A stretch of 63,981 nt of DNA, the filler included. It is 6 parts of 6 records of this genome, joined end to end, with 100 filler letters (N's around TTAATTAATTAA, not from the genome) between each part and the next. Parts side by side here need not be neighbours in the genome. Positions count along the whole stretch, not along the records: positions 13,724 to 22,594 come from DRR723986_4181; positions 22,695 to 28,219 come from DRR723986_4182; positions 28,320 to 55,922 come from DRR723986_4185; 3 more parts are not named here. One strand, 5' to 3'. Positions 19,254 to 29,367 of the stretch are shown in pieces. A program made the position numbers and the translations under genes. The notes below the pieces were generated by a model. That model saw nothing but the letters and a program-made list of their open reading frames with translations. It was not told where the DNA came from and did not search any database. Each line of letters begins with the position of its first letter. The first letter of the stretch is position 1.

Positions 19254-19326
19254 ATATCTGCATCCCCTCCCTCCTCCCTTTAGGATGCAGACATTTGGGC
19301 GGGCGCAAGCCCGCCCTTTCTTTTTT
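19254..19326 (+). ncRNA. Candidate 3'UTR-derived cuckoo-like sRNA (CCUCCUCCC loop hairpin plus terminator)
   Basis: Stem TCTGCATCC/GGATGCAGA closes loop CCTCCCTCCTCCCTTTA and is followed by a terminator. Confidence 0.45.
19297..19326 (+). terminator. Rho-independent terminator after phaP
   Basis: GGGCGGGC-GCAA-GCCCGCCC then TTTCTTTTTT. Confidence 0.88.
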
Positions 19327-19378
19327 GTTTCGGCTGTCCTAGTGTTTTTCTGCACTGCTGCATTGGGGAGGGCTGATT

Positions 19379-19930
19379 GTGGCCGAAGACAAAAAACCGC
19401 TGCTGATCAAACGCTATGCCAGCCGACGGCTCTATAATACCGAAACCAGTGATTATGTTACGCTAGAAGATATCGCTGGCTTTATCCGCGAAGGCCGCGA
19501 TGTGCAGATCGTTGATCTGAAATCGGGCGATGATCTGACCCGCCAATATTTGCTGCAAATCATCGCCGAGCATGAAAGCCGCGGCGAAACCATGCTGCCC
19601 GTGGGTGTGCTGACCGATCTGGTGCGCAGCTATACCACCAGCGCAGGTGCGATGATGCCTCAGTTTTTGCAAATGTCGTTTGACATGCTGCGCGATGGCC
19701 AATCGAAAATGATGGAAAACATGGCCCGCGTCAGCCCCTTGGCTAAGATGCCGGGGTTCGAGGCCATGCAGGCGCAGCAAGAGGCGTTTATCAAGGCCAT
19801 GACCGGCGGCAAATGGGGGGGCGCCACCACCCAGCCAACCCCGGCCGACGAGGGCAAAGACGAAGACCTGACCGAAATTCGCCGTCAGCTGGCCGATCTG
19901 CAAACCAAACTGTCGCGCATGGGAAAATAA
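19379..19930 (+). CDS. phaR: PHA synthesis repressor PhaR
   Basis: IKRYASRRLYNTETSDYVTL...DLTRQYLLQII motif; GTG start. Confidence 0.95.
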   Translation: MAEDKKPLLIKRYASRRLYNTETSDYVTLEDIAGFIREGRDVQIVDLKSGDDLTRQYLLQIIAEHESRGETMLPVGVLTDLVRSYTTSAGAMMPQFLQMSFDMLRDGQSKMMENMARVSPLAKMPGFEAMQAQQEAFIKAMTGGKWGGATTQPTPADEGKDEDLTEIRRQLADLQTKLSRMGK

Positions 19931-19934
19931 CCCC

Positions 19935-20915
19935 ATGGTCGACAGCCCCGGCAAAATCACGCTCTGGGGGGTCGAGGTGTTTGTGGCCACTGCCGAGGAA
20001 GGCTCTATCTCTGCCGCGGCGCGGCGTTTGGGGGCCAGCCCCTCGGCGGTCAGCCAACAACTGACCAATCTGGAAGGCGCCATTGGCACAACCTTGCTGC
20101 AGCGCAACACGCGCCCCGTTGTGTTGACCCCGGCAGGAGAGATCTTTCGCCGCCGCGCCAGCGCCATTTTGAACGAGGCGGCATTGGCGCGGGCCGAATT
20201 GGCCATGGCCGATCTGTCGCGGTTAACCCGGTTTCGCCTCGGTATGGTGGAAGATTTCGAAGTGGATGTAACCCCGCGGCTGTTGGCAGGGCTGGCCGCG
20301 CAGCTGAAGGGCTGCCAGTTTTTGCTGGAAACCGGCGCCAGCCATCACCTGCATGATTTGCTGGATGCGCGCGCCTTAGATGTGATCGTGGCCGCGGAAA
20401 TGGGGGCCGAGGCCGATTGGATGGAACTGCACCCGCTGTTGACCGAGGGCTTTGTGGTGGCCGCCCCCCGCGGCCTGTGCGCCCCCGGGCGCGACCCTTT
20501 GCGCCAGCTTAAGGGGCTGCCGCTGATCCAATACACCACCCGCCACTATATGGGCCGCCTGATTGCCGCGCATTTGGCCCGCCAGAACCTTAGGCTGGCC
20601 CAACAATTCGAATTGGATAGCTACCATGCCATTTTGGCGATGGTCGGGCAGGGGGCTGGCTGGACAATTCTACCCCCCCTGGCGCTGATGCGCGCGCGCC
20701 GCTTTGCCAGCCAGTTGGATGTCATGCCGCTGCCCTTTCAGCCGCTCTCGCGCCGCATCAGCCTGATTGCCCGGCGCGGCATTTTACAAGATATGCCAGC
20801 CCGTGTGGCAGAAACCCTGCGCCCGTTGGTGCAAAGCGCGGTGTTGGATCCGGCGGTGGCGGCTTATCCGTTTATGGCCGATGTTGTGCAGCTGCACCCG
20901 GGCGAACCCGCCTAA
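19935..20915 (+). CDS. LysR family transcriptional regulator
   Basis: N-terminal HTH GSISAAARRLGASPSAVSQQLTNLE...LTPAG; LysR substrate-binding domain. Confidence 0.93.
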   Translation: MVDSPGKITLWGVEVFVATAEEGSISAAARRLGASPSAVSQQLTNLEGAIGTTLLQRNTRPVVLTPAGEIFRRRASAILNEAALARAELAMADLSRLTRFRLGMVEDFEVDVTPRLLAGLAAQLKGCQFLLETGASHHLHDLLDARALDVIVAAEMGAEADWMELHPLLTEGFVVAAPRGLCAPGRDPLRQLKGLPLIQYTTRHYMGRLIAAHLARQNLRLAQQFELDSYHAILAMVGQGAGWTILPPLALMRARRFASQLDVMPLPFQPLSRRISLIARRGILQDMPARVAETLRPLVQSAVLDPAVAAYPFMADVVQLHPGEPA

Positions 20916-22216
20916 AACCCCAGCCTGTCGCGCAGGGCAAACCAGCTCATGGCCAGGGCCAGCAGCGGTTGGCGCAGGCCCGGCCCGCCGGGAAATGGCG
21001 CCACGGGCAGGCGCGCCATCACATCAAAGCCAGCTGATTGCCCCATAATGGCCTTGGCAATCAGCTGGCCTGCATGGGTGGCGGTGCCCACGCCATGGCC
21101 CGAATAGCCGCTGGCCGACCACATATTGGGCGCAAGCCGCGCCAGATAGGGCAGGCGTTTTGTGGTGATGGCCAGCGTGCCGCCCCAGGCATATTCGATG
21201 GGCACATCGGCCAGATGCGGAAAGATCTGCAGCATCGGCTTGCGCACGGTGGCGGCAATGTCTTTCGGGAAACGATCACCATAGCTTTCGCCGCCGCCAA
21301 ACAGCAGCCGGCCATCATGGCTGAGGCGGAAGTAATTCACCACAAATTTGGTATCGGCCACAGCCACGTCGCGGGTTAGCACCGTTGCCGCGCGCGGGCC
21401 CAGCGGGGCGGTGGCCACGATAAAGTTGTTAATCGGCATCACGCGGCTGGCCACCTGCCGGTTCAAACCGCCCAGATAGCCATTGGCGGCCAGAATAACC
21501 TGATCTGCCAGGATATGGCCCCGGGCGGTTTCAACACGCGCGGGCGTGCCGGGGGTTATTTGGGTAACGGCGGTATTTTCATACAGGCGCACCCCCGCCT
21601 GTTGCGCCGCGCGGGCCAGCCCAAGGGCAAAGTTGAGCGGGTGCAAATGGCCCGCCCCCATATCCAGAATGCCGCCATGATAGGCGGGCGAGGGGCACAG
21701 CGCCTGTGCGGCTTGCGCGTCAAGCGGCTGGATCTGATCATAGCCATAATCGCGCGCCAAGGTTTCGGCATAGCTGTGCATCTTGGCGGTTTCGCCGGCG
21801 CCAAACCCCAGCCAGGCCACACCGGGCCGATAGGCGCAATCGATCTGGTGCTGCGCGATCAGGGCATGCACCAGCGCTTTGGCCTCTTCGCCCAGATCCC
21901 ACAGCAGCTGCGCTGCCTGCGCGCCCACCATTTTGCGCAAATTGTCTTGGTCTTGGCGCTGGCCGCTGCCCAGCTGCCCACCATTGCGCCCCGAGGCACC
22001 AAAGCCCACGCGATGGGCATCCACCAACACCACCTCTAGCCCCTCTTGGGCCAGATGCAGGGCGGCCGACAGGCCGGTAAACCCGGCCCCCACCACCACG
22101 GCATCGGCGCGCGTTGCGCCCTGCAATTGCGGGTGCGAGGGGCTGGCATGGGCCGTGGCGGCATACCAGCTGGGGGGCCATTGGCCTGGGGTGTCGTTGC
22201 GGTAAAGCAGGCTCAT
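20912..22216 (-). CDS. FAD-dependent oxidoreductase (gamma-glutamylputrescine oxidase PuuB-like)
   Basis: VVGAGFTGLSAA, GASGRNGGQ, GYSGHGV; its ATG overlaps the stop of the upstream glutamine synthetase-like gene. Confidence 0.88.
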   Translation of the reverse strand: MSLLYRNDTPGQWPPSWYAATAHASPSHPQLQGATRADAVVVGAGFTGLSAALHLAQEGLEVVLVDAHRVGFGASGRNGGQLGSGQRQDQDNLRKMVGAQAAQLLWDLGEEAKALVHALIAQHQIDCAYRPGVAWLGFGAGETAKMHSYAETLARDYGYDQIQPLDAQAAQALCPSPAYHGGILDMGAGHLHPLNFALGLARAAQQAGVRLYENTAVTQITPGTPARVETARGHILADQVILAANGYLGGLNRQVASRVMPINNFIVATAPLGPRAATVLTRDVAVADTKFVVNYFRLSHDGRLLFGGGESYGDRFPKDIAATVRKPMLQIFPHLADVPIEYAWGGTLAITTKRLPYLARLAPNMWSASGYSGHGVGTATHAGQLIAKAIMGQSAGFDVMARLPVAPFPGGPGLRQPLLALAMSWFALRDRLGF

Positions 22217-22594
22217 CAGACGTTTAGCAGCAGATGCTTGCGCTCCCAAGGGCTGATGACCTGTAAGAATTCTTCGTATTCGGTGCGTTTGACAATGGCA
22301 TAGACGCGGGCAAATTCCTCGCCCATCACATCGTGCAGCGCGGTTGCGCCTTCGAAAAGATCCAGCGCCTCGCCCATCACGCGGGGGATTTCGCCCTCGC
22401 CCTCGTAGGCATCGCCCTTGAATTGCTTGTCGGGCCATTCTTCGTTCATCAGCCCCAGATAGCCACAGGCCAGGCTGGCGGCGATGCCCAGATAGGGGTT
22501 GCAATCCATGCCCGCTATACGGTTTTCGATGCGCCGGCTTTCAGGGCGCGACAGCGGCACGCGAATGCCGGTGGTGCGGTTGTCGCGGCCCCAT
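22216..22594 (-). CDS. Glutamine synthetase family protein (PuuA-like), 3' fragment
   Basis: WGRDNRTTGIRVP, RRIENRIAGMDCNPYL, ISPWERKHLLLNV C-terminus. Confidence 0.9.
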
Positions 22595-22694
22595 NNNNNN
22601 NNNNNNNNNNNNNNNNNNNNNNNNNNNNNNNNNNNNNNTTAATTAATTAANNNNNNNNNNNNNNNNNNNNNNNNNNNNNNNNNNNNNNNNNNNN
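22595..22694. other. Artificial contig linker
   Basis: N-run, TTAATTAATTAA, N-run. Confidence 0.98.
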
Positions 22695-22821
22695 TGGTTT
22701 TGCCCGCCCCGTTTGGCCCGCGCAAAACCAGCGCCGCACCGGCCGATAGCTGGAAACTGATGCCTTCCAGCACCGGCACACCCCCACGGGCCACAGCAAG
22801 ATCGCGCACGATTAATTCCAT
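22695..22821 (-). CDS. ccmA: Heme exporter ATP-binding protein CcmA (5' fragment)
   Basis: [23 protein letters not shown]...[10 protein letters not shown] Walker A. Confidence 0.8.
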
Positions 22822-22903
22822 GGCACTGGGCTTACCCCATGTTTGCACGGCGGAAAAGCACCATATGCGCCGCGCCCCCGGGTGACATAGCCGCGCAGGG
22901 GGC

Positions 22904-24136
22904 CTAGCGAAAATCGTCGGGCCGCAGCCCGTAGCGCGCCAATTTATCGTAAAAGGTTTTGCGCGGCAGCTTCAGCCGCTCGGCAGCCACTGCGGCGCGC
23001 CCCTCGGCGCGGCTGAGCGCGGCAATCAAAAGCGAGCGTTCGACCCGCGCCATTTGATCGGCCAGGCCCAAATCGGTATCGGCGCGGTCTTGCTCGACCG
23101 CCAGCCCAAGGGCAAAACGCATGGCCGCGCTCATCAATGCGCGCGCATTGCCCGGCCAATCGCGCGCCATCAGCCCGGCAATCACCTGCGGTGTAATTTC
23201 CGGCGCCCTTAGCCCCGCCTGTTCACAGGCCTGGGCCACGTAATGGCGAAAGAGCACTGGGATATCCTCGGGGCGTTCGGCCAATGAGGGAATGCGCACG
23301 CGCATCACATCGAGGCGATAAAACAGATCAGGCATCACCCGGCCATCGGCCACGGCCTGTTCTAGATCGGTGCTGGCGCCCGCAATCAGGCGGGTTTGCA
23401 GGCCCGCCTCGAGCCGATCGAGCACGTGAAACTGGGTTTCAGGCGGCAGATTGGCCAATTCATCCAAAAACAGCGCACCACCGGCTGCATGCAGGCAGGC
23501 ATCTGCAAATGTGTCAGGGTCAAGCCCTGCCGCCGCACGTTTGACAAACGGGCCCTTGGCATGGGCCGAGCACAGATGCACCACCTCGGCCACTTTTGAT
23601 ATGCCGCTGCCGGGTGGCCCGCACACCAAAACCTCGGCCTGGGTTTGGGCCACCATACGCACCCGTGCGCGCAAGGCATCGGCCTGTGATGAGGTGCCAA
23701 AAAGCAGCCGCGCTGCGGGATCGCCTGCCTCGAGCTGGGCTTTCAACAGGCGGTTTTCCAATACCAAGGCCCGGGTTTTCAGCGCCCGCTCGACCTCGGC
23801 CAGCAGGTCATTGGCCGGGCATGGCTTTTCCAAAAACCCAAAAGCGCCCTGCCCCATGGCACGCACCGCCATGGGGATATCGCCCTCGCCGGTCAGCAAG
23901 ATCACCGGCAATTCAGCATCGATACCCTGTGCAAAGCTTAACAAATGAAACCCATCGCGCCCCGGCATGCGGATATCTGACACGATTACGCCATCGAAAC
24001 TGGCGCTAATGTGATCTTTTGCCTCGATAAAGCTGCCCGCGGCAATGGGCTGCAAATTGCCCAATTCCAGCGTTTGCACCAAGGCCCCCCGCACGGCTGC
24101 ATCATCATCAACCACCAAAACCTTATGCAGGCTCAT
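22904..24136 (-). CDS. dctD: DctD-like response regulator (REC, degenerate AAA+, Fis HTH)
   Basis: VSDIRMPG receiver, [30 protein letters not shown]; no GAFTGA. Confidence 0.85.
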   Translation of the reverse strand: MSLHKVLVVDDDAAVRGALVQTLELGNLQPIAAGSFIEAKDHISASFDGVIVSDIRMPGRDGFHLLSFAQGIDAELPVILLTGEGDIPMAVRAMGQGAFGFLEKPCPANDLLAEVERALKTRALVLENRLLKAQLEAGDPAARLLFGTSSQADALRARVRMVAQTQAEVLVCGPPGSGISKVAEVVHLCSAHAKGPFVKRAAAGLDPDTFADACLHAAGGALFLDELANLPPETQFHVLDRLEAGLQTRLIAGASTDLEQAVADGRVMPDLFYRLDVMRVRIPSLAERPEDIPVLFRHYVAQACEQAGLRAPEITPQVIAGLMARDWPGNARALMSAAMRFALGLAVEQDRADTDLGLADQMARVERSLLIAALSRAEGRAAVAAERLKLPRKTFYDKLARYGLRPDDFR

Positions 24137-25854
24137 GCTGCTTGTTCCTCGTTCCATGGCTCTAGCTCTACCGTGAATTCTGCCCCCTCAGGGCCGTTGG
24201 CACCACGGATTTTGCCACCAAAGCTTTGCACCAAACCATAAGAAATAGATAGGCCCAGCCCCATGCCTTGCGCAGCCCCCACGGCCTTGGTGGTGTAGAA
24301 CGGATCGAAAATTTTGTCGGGTTCTTCGATGCCGGGGCCGGTATCTGCGATACGCAACCGCACGGGGCTGCCGGGCTCGAGCACAATTGAAATGCGCCGC
24401 TGCGTGGCATCGGCCATGGCATCGGCGGCATTGCCCAGCAAATTCACCAGCACCTGGCCCAGCCGCACCTCGCCGCCGCGCACCCATATGGGCCCCGAGG
24501 GGCGATGCCAATTGACCAAAATGCCGTCTTGGCGCAGGCGCGGCGCCAGCAAATCAAGCGCCGTTTCCACCACCGCCACGATATCGACCCGGCCCATCGG
24601 CTCGGCCTCGTTGCGGGCAAAGGCGCGCAGGTTTTTGATGATCCGCGCCGCCCGCGCCGCCAAGGCCGATATGCGGCCCAAGTTTTCGGCGGCCAAGTCG
24701 GGCTTGCCGCGCTCTAACACCATCGCACCATTTTCGGCATATTGCTGAATGGCCATCAAAGGCTGGTTCAATTCGTGGCTGATGCCCGCGCTCATTTGCC
24801 CAAGCGCCGAAAGTTTGCCCGCCTGCACCAAATCGCTTTGCGCCTTTTTCAGCGCCGCTTCGGCCGCGATCCGTTCTGCCACCTCGCGCAGCAGCTGCGC
24901 ATTGGTTTCGCTTAGCTCTGCCGTGCGTTCGGCCACCCGCCCCTCTAGCCGGGCATTGGCCTGCGCCAAAACCCGTCGCCGGCCTGTTAGCCAAAACAGC
25001 AGCACGCCAAAGGCCATCAAAAGCGCCGCCAGCGCCGCCGCTTGCAACGCAGCCAACCGCCGCGCCGGGCTGACATCGATGAGCGCCTGCGCCACCATCC
25101 CAATCACCGGCAGATTGCGTTGCAGGTGCAGCGCATGGCCCGGCACATAGGGCGACCAGTTTTCCACCCAAATATCATGCGGGCCCACCTGGCGCAGTTC
25201 GAAATCTAATGTGCTGTCTTGGTGCGGGCGCAGCCCCTGCCCCTCTTGGCGCCAAAACAGCAGCTCGGAGCGGTTCGAGATAAACACCTCGCCGCCGCGG
25301 TCGGTGAAAAACACCACCGGGCGCCCACCGCGCCATTCGGCCTCGACCCGGTCGATATTGGCCACCACAATCAGCGCCCCCGATACCGCACCGCTGGCGT
25401 CAAAACGCGGCGCGGCAAAATAATAGGCGCGCAGGGCGGCATCGCCGATCACCCCATGCGCCTCGCCCAGGGCACCCTGCATGGCGCGCTGAAAATACTG
25501 GGTTTGCGCCACATCGGGCCCGATAATGCCATTGGCGCTGGCCAAGACACGGCCCTGGTGGTTGACCAACATCATATCCAAGGCCGCGGTTTTATCGGCC
25601 GCCGCCTGCAACAGCGCCTGCGCCCCCTGGCCCATCAAGGCCGGGTGATCAGCCATCAAAACGGCCATTTGCTGATAAAGCTGCAATTGGCCCGTCAGGC
25701 GATCGGCGGCCAATGACAAATCGGCCTCGCCGCGCTGCGCCAATTGATCGAGTGCGCGCAAATAGCCATAGCTCCACACCGCAGCGGCGGCCCCAGCCAC
25801 CACCACCAGATAAAGCGCAAAAGCCGCGCGAGGAAAAAACCGATCTGCCCGCAT
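24133..25854 (-). CDS. dctB: DctB-like C4-dicarboxylate sensor histidine kinase
   Basis: Two TMs around a Cache-like region; KLSALGQMSAGISHELNQPL, NLLGNA, DTGPG, GMGLGL. Confidence 0.88.
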   Translation of the reverse strand: MRADRFFPRAAFALYLVVVAGAAAAVWSYGYLRALDQLAQRGEADLSLAADRLTGQLQLYQQMAVLMADHPALMGQGAQALLQAAADKTAALDMMLVNHQGRVLASANGIIGPDVAQTQYFQRAMQGALGEAHGVIGDAALRAYYFAAPRFDASGAVSGALIVVANIDRVEAEWRGGRPVVFFTDRGGEVFISNRSELLFWRQEGQGLRPHQDSTLDFELRQVGPHDIWVENWSPYVPGHALHLQRNLPVIGMVAQALIDVSPARRLAALQAAALAALLMAFGVLLFWLTGRRRVLAQANARLEGRVAERTAELSETNAQLLREVAERIAAEAALKKAQSDLVQAGKLSALGQMSAGISHELNQPLMAIQQYAENGAMVLERGKPDLAAENLGRISALAARAARIIKNLRAFARNEAEPMGRVDIVAVVETALDLLAPRLRQDGILVNWHRPSGPIWVRGGEVRLGQVLVNLLGNAADAMADATQRRISIVLEPGSPVRLRIADTGPGIEEPDKIFDPFYTTKAVGAAQGMGLGLSISYGLVQSFGGKIRGANGPEGAEFTVELEPWNEEQAA

Positions 25855-25907
25855 ATGCGCAATCTGCCTGTTTTTCAGCGCCTTGGCCAGCGCTGCTTGG
25901 CCATGTT

Positions 25908-26369
25908 TTACAGCGGCAATGCGGTGGTTGATTTGATCTCTTCCATCGACAACAGCGCAGTCACATTGTGCACTTTGACCTCGGAGATCAGCGCCTGGTA
26001 AAAGGCATCATAGGCGCGGGCATTGGCCACGCGCACCTTGAGAATATAATCGATATCACCAGCCAGGCGATGCGCCTCCATCACCTCGGGGCGGTTTTGC
26101 AGCGCGTGCAGGAAACGCGCCTGCCAGTCTGCCTCGTGTTCTGATGTGCGGATCAGCACGAAAAAACACGCATCAAACCCCAGCTTTTCGGCATCAAGGA
26201 TCACCGTCTGCGCCCCCATCACGCCCGCCTCGCGCATTTTGCGAATCCGGTTCCAAACCGGCGTTTTCGACGAGCCCACCTTGCGGGCAATTTCATCTAA
26301 AGACTGGCCCGCATCGCGCTGCATCTCGCGCAGAATTTTCTTATCTGTCGCGTCCAAACGAACCGGCAT
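25908..26369 (-). CDS. Lrp/AsnC family regulator
   Basis: MPVRLDATDKKILREMQRDA...EAHRLAGDIDYILKV. Confidence 0.93.
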   Translation of the reverse strand: MPVRLDATDKKILREMQRDAGQSLDEIARKVGSSKTPVWNRIRKMREAGVMGAQTVILDAEKLGFDACFFVLIRTSEHEADWQARFLHALQNRPEVMEAHRLAGDIDYILKVRVANARAYDAFYQALISEVKVHNVTALLSMEEIKSTTALPL

Positions 26370-26510
26370 TTTCCCAACCTCTTGTTTTGCAGAACCACGT
26401 TGCCCAGGCAGGGCCGCGGCGGAATATAATTCCTTATTTACCGGGGTATCTAGCAAATTACTAGAACATTTTCCTATTATAGTGGCAATATTTTCATCCA
26501 AAGGTGCCCC

Positions 26511-26834
26511 ATGCCCCAGCCCAAACAGCCCAGCAATGCCCCCCAGTTTGCCCCGCATGTGCTGACCGCAAACCACCTGTTGCGTGGCCATGTGGTGTAT
26601 CTATGCGCGCGCAATACCTGGGGTGCAGACTTGGCCCAGGCGCAGGTATTCACCGATGCCACCCAGGCCCATGCCGCCCTAAAGCGCGCGCAGGCGCAGC
26701 CCGATCTTTTGGTGGGTGCCTATCTGGCGCCCGTTCAGCCCGGCCCCACCGGCCCCCGCGCCATTCATTTTCGCGAGGCGTTTCGCGCCACCGGCCCATC
26801 GGCCCGCGCGCGCGGCCTACGCCCCCAAGCTTAA
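26511..26834 (+). CDS. DUF2849 family protein
   Basis: VLTANHLLRGHVVYL...VGAYL...HFREAFRATGPS; typical position upstream of sulfite reductase. Confidence 0.85.
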   Translation: MPQPKQPSNAPQFAPHVLTANHLLRGHVVYLCARNTWGADLAQAQVFTDATQAHAALKRAQAQPDLLVGAYLAPVQPGPTGPRAIHFREAFRATGPSARARGLRPQA

Positions 26835-26845
26835 GGAGCACGTCT

Positions 26846-28219
26846 ATGTATCGCTATGGCGAATTTGACACCGCCTTCCTTGCCGCCCGCAATGCCCAGT
26901 TTCGGGCGCAGGTGGCGCGGCGCATTTCTGGCGCGCTCAGCGAAGATGAATTCAAGCCGCTGCGCCTGATGAACGGGGTCTATCTGCAATTGCACGCCTA
27001 TATGCTGCGCGTGGCCATCCCCTATGGCACGCTAAACAGCGCGCAGATGCATATGCTGGCCCATCTGGCAGAACGCTGGGACCGGGGCTATGGCCATTTC
27101 ACCACGCGCCAGAACATTCAGTTCAACTGGCCCGCGCTGGAAGATATCCCCGATATGTTGGATGCATTGGCAACGGTGGGCATGCATGCCATCCAAACCA
27201 GCGGCAACACCATCCGCAACATCACCGCCGATCACTTTGCCGGTGCCAGCGCCGATGAAATCGCCGATCCGCGGCCGGTGGCGGAATTGATCCGCCAATG
27301 GTCTACCGACCACCCTGAGTTTCAGTTTTTGCCCCGCAAATTCAAAATCGCCATCACCGGCAGCCCCACCGACCGCGCGGTGACACGCGCCCATGATATT
27401 GGCTTGCGGATGGTTTTGGAAAACGGCCAACCCGGCTTCGAGGTGGTGGTGGGCGGTGGCCTGGGGCGCACGCCCGTTGTGGGCAAAGTGCTGCGCCCGT
27501 TTTTGCCCCAGGCCGATCTGCTGCCCTATCTCGAGGCGATCGTGGCGGTCTATAACCACTTGGGCCGGCGCGATAATAAATACAAAGCCCGTATCAAGAT
27601 TACAGTGAATGAAACCGGGCTAGACACCATCCGCAGCCTGGTCGAGGCCGAATATGCCCTGCGCCGCCCGCATTTCAGCGGGACGGATCAGCAGATCTTG
27701 GCCGATATCCGCGCACAATTCGCGCCGCCCCAGCTGGCCCGAAAATCAAGCGCGCCCTTTGCTGCGGCCTATCAGGGCAACCCGGTGTTTCGCGCCTGGG
27801 CCGATACCAACCTGCACCCCCACCGCGATGCAGATCACGCCATCGTCACCATCAGCCTAAAGGCGCATGGCCAAACACCGGGCGATGCCACAGCCCAGCA
27901 AATGCGCGCCATGGCCGATTTGGCGCAGCGCTTTGGCTATGACGAATTGCGCATCAGCCACGAACAAAACGTCATTCTGCCCCATGTGCACCGCGCAGAT
28001 CTGCCCGCTTTGCACGCCGAATTGCGCGCCCATGGCTTGGCTACGGCCAATATCGGCTTGCTGTCTGATATCATCGCCTGCCCCGGCATGGATTATTGCG
28101 CGCTGGCCACGGCCCGCTCTATCCCCGTGGCCCAAGATATTGCGCTGCATTTCCAACAGCTGGGGCTAGAGCAAGAGATTGGCGCGCTAAAGATCAAGAT
28201 CTCGGGCTGCATCAACGCC
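26846..28219 (+). CDS. cysI: Nitrite/sulfite reductase (siroheme), 5' part
   Basis: RBS AAGGAG; RLMNGVYLQ, HFTTRQN, LPRKFKIA, IACPGMDYC, KISGCINA. Confidence 0.92.
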
Positions 28220-28319
28220 NNNNNNNNNNNNNNNNNNNNNNNNNNNNNNNNNNNNNNNNNNNNTTAATTAATTAANNNNNNNNNNNNNNNNNNNNNNNNN
28301 NNNNNNNNNNNNNNNNNNN
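28220..28319. other. Artificial contig linker
   Basis: N-run, TTAATTAATTAA, N-run. Confidence 0.98.
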
Positions 28320-29117
28320 CGCGTTGAATCCAAACCAGCCAAACCAGAGCATACCAGTTCCGAGGAGTACATAGGTGATATTCGAAGGTTCGTGATGAGG
28401 CTTGTTTCTTTTACCCAAAAATAAAGCCCCAGCCAAGGAAGCAAGACCCGCGCTGATATGTACAACTGTCCCGCCGGCGAAATCAAGCACACCAAAGTAG
28501 GAACCGATCAGCCCATTTGGATGCCAAACCATGTGTGCCAGAGGTGCATAGACAAATATGCAGAAGATGCCAATGAAGAAAAGGTAGCCTATAAAGCGAA
28601 CCCGCTCCGCAAAAGATCCTGTGATGATCGCAGGAGTAATCACAGCGAATTTCATCTGAAATAAGGCGAACAGGATAAATGGAATCGAGGAACCAAGCGC
28701 CTTATGCGGTAATTCTGCTACCTGATCAAAGAACATGTACTGGAATGGGTTGCCAAAAAGACCATACTTTACCCCATCGATGGTAATGCCGATAGGATCC
28801 CCAAAGGCGATACTGAAACCTACCACTACCCAGAGCATGGTGACTACTCCCAGCGAGATGAAGCTCTGCAACATGGTGGAAATAAGATTTTTCTTGCCGA
28901 CCATCCCGCCGTAAAACAATGAGAGCCCAGGCGTCATCAGTAAAACCAGACAGGATGCGGTGAGTAGCCAAGCTATATCCGCATAATTCAGATCACTCTC
29001 AGTTCCAAAGTTTTCCAGTACAGGTTGACTATGCTTCCAAAAAAGACCTAGTACAGGTGCCGCAATCGTTATCAGAAATGCAACCTTCCACTTGAATTTC
29101 ATTCCACTTTTTTCCAT
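28320..29117 (-). CDS. amtB: Ammonium transporter (5' part)
   Basis: LMTPGLSLFYGG, FQMKFA, DFAGGTVVHISAG, LWFGWFGFNA. Confidence 0.95.
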
Positions 29118-29367
29118 GCCACAAAAATAAAATAATTAATCTTTTATTCTGTGTTATTTAATTAATACAGAATAAAAACTTACAATAAAAGGCAAAAAGT
29201 TAATAAAGTAGGGTTTTTAAAAACTGGTAATTATACGCTTTAAGGTGTTATAAAACAGGAGATTACTACTTGTGTTCTGCATTTTCTTATCACCCCTAAT
29301 TCCTGTTTAAGATTTATTTCTTGGTGGTTTTTTTAACCGCTTCTATGGATTCTATGTCAGAATACTC

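Noticed and set aside
26370-26845. Extended N-termini for Lrp (to 26591) and CysI (from 26504) in the ORF track
   Set aside because: They overlap DUF2849 and each other. Family-like sequence starts at 26369 for Lrp and at 26846 for CysI, the latter with an AAGGAG RBS.
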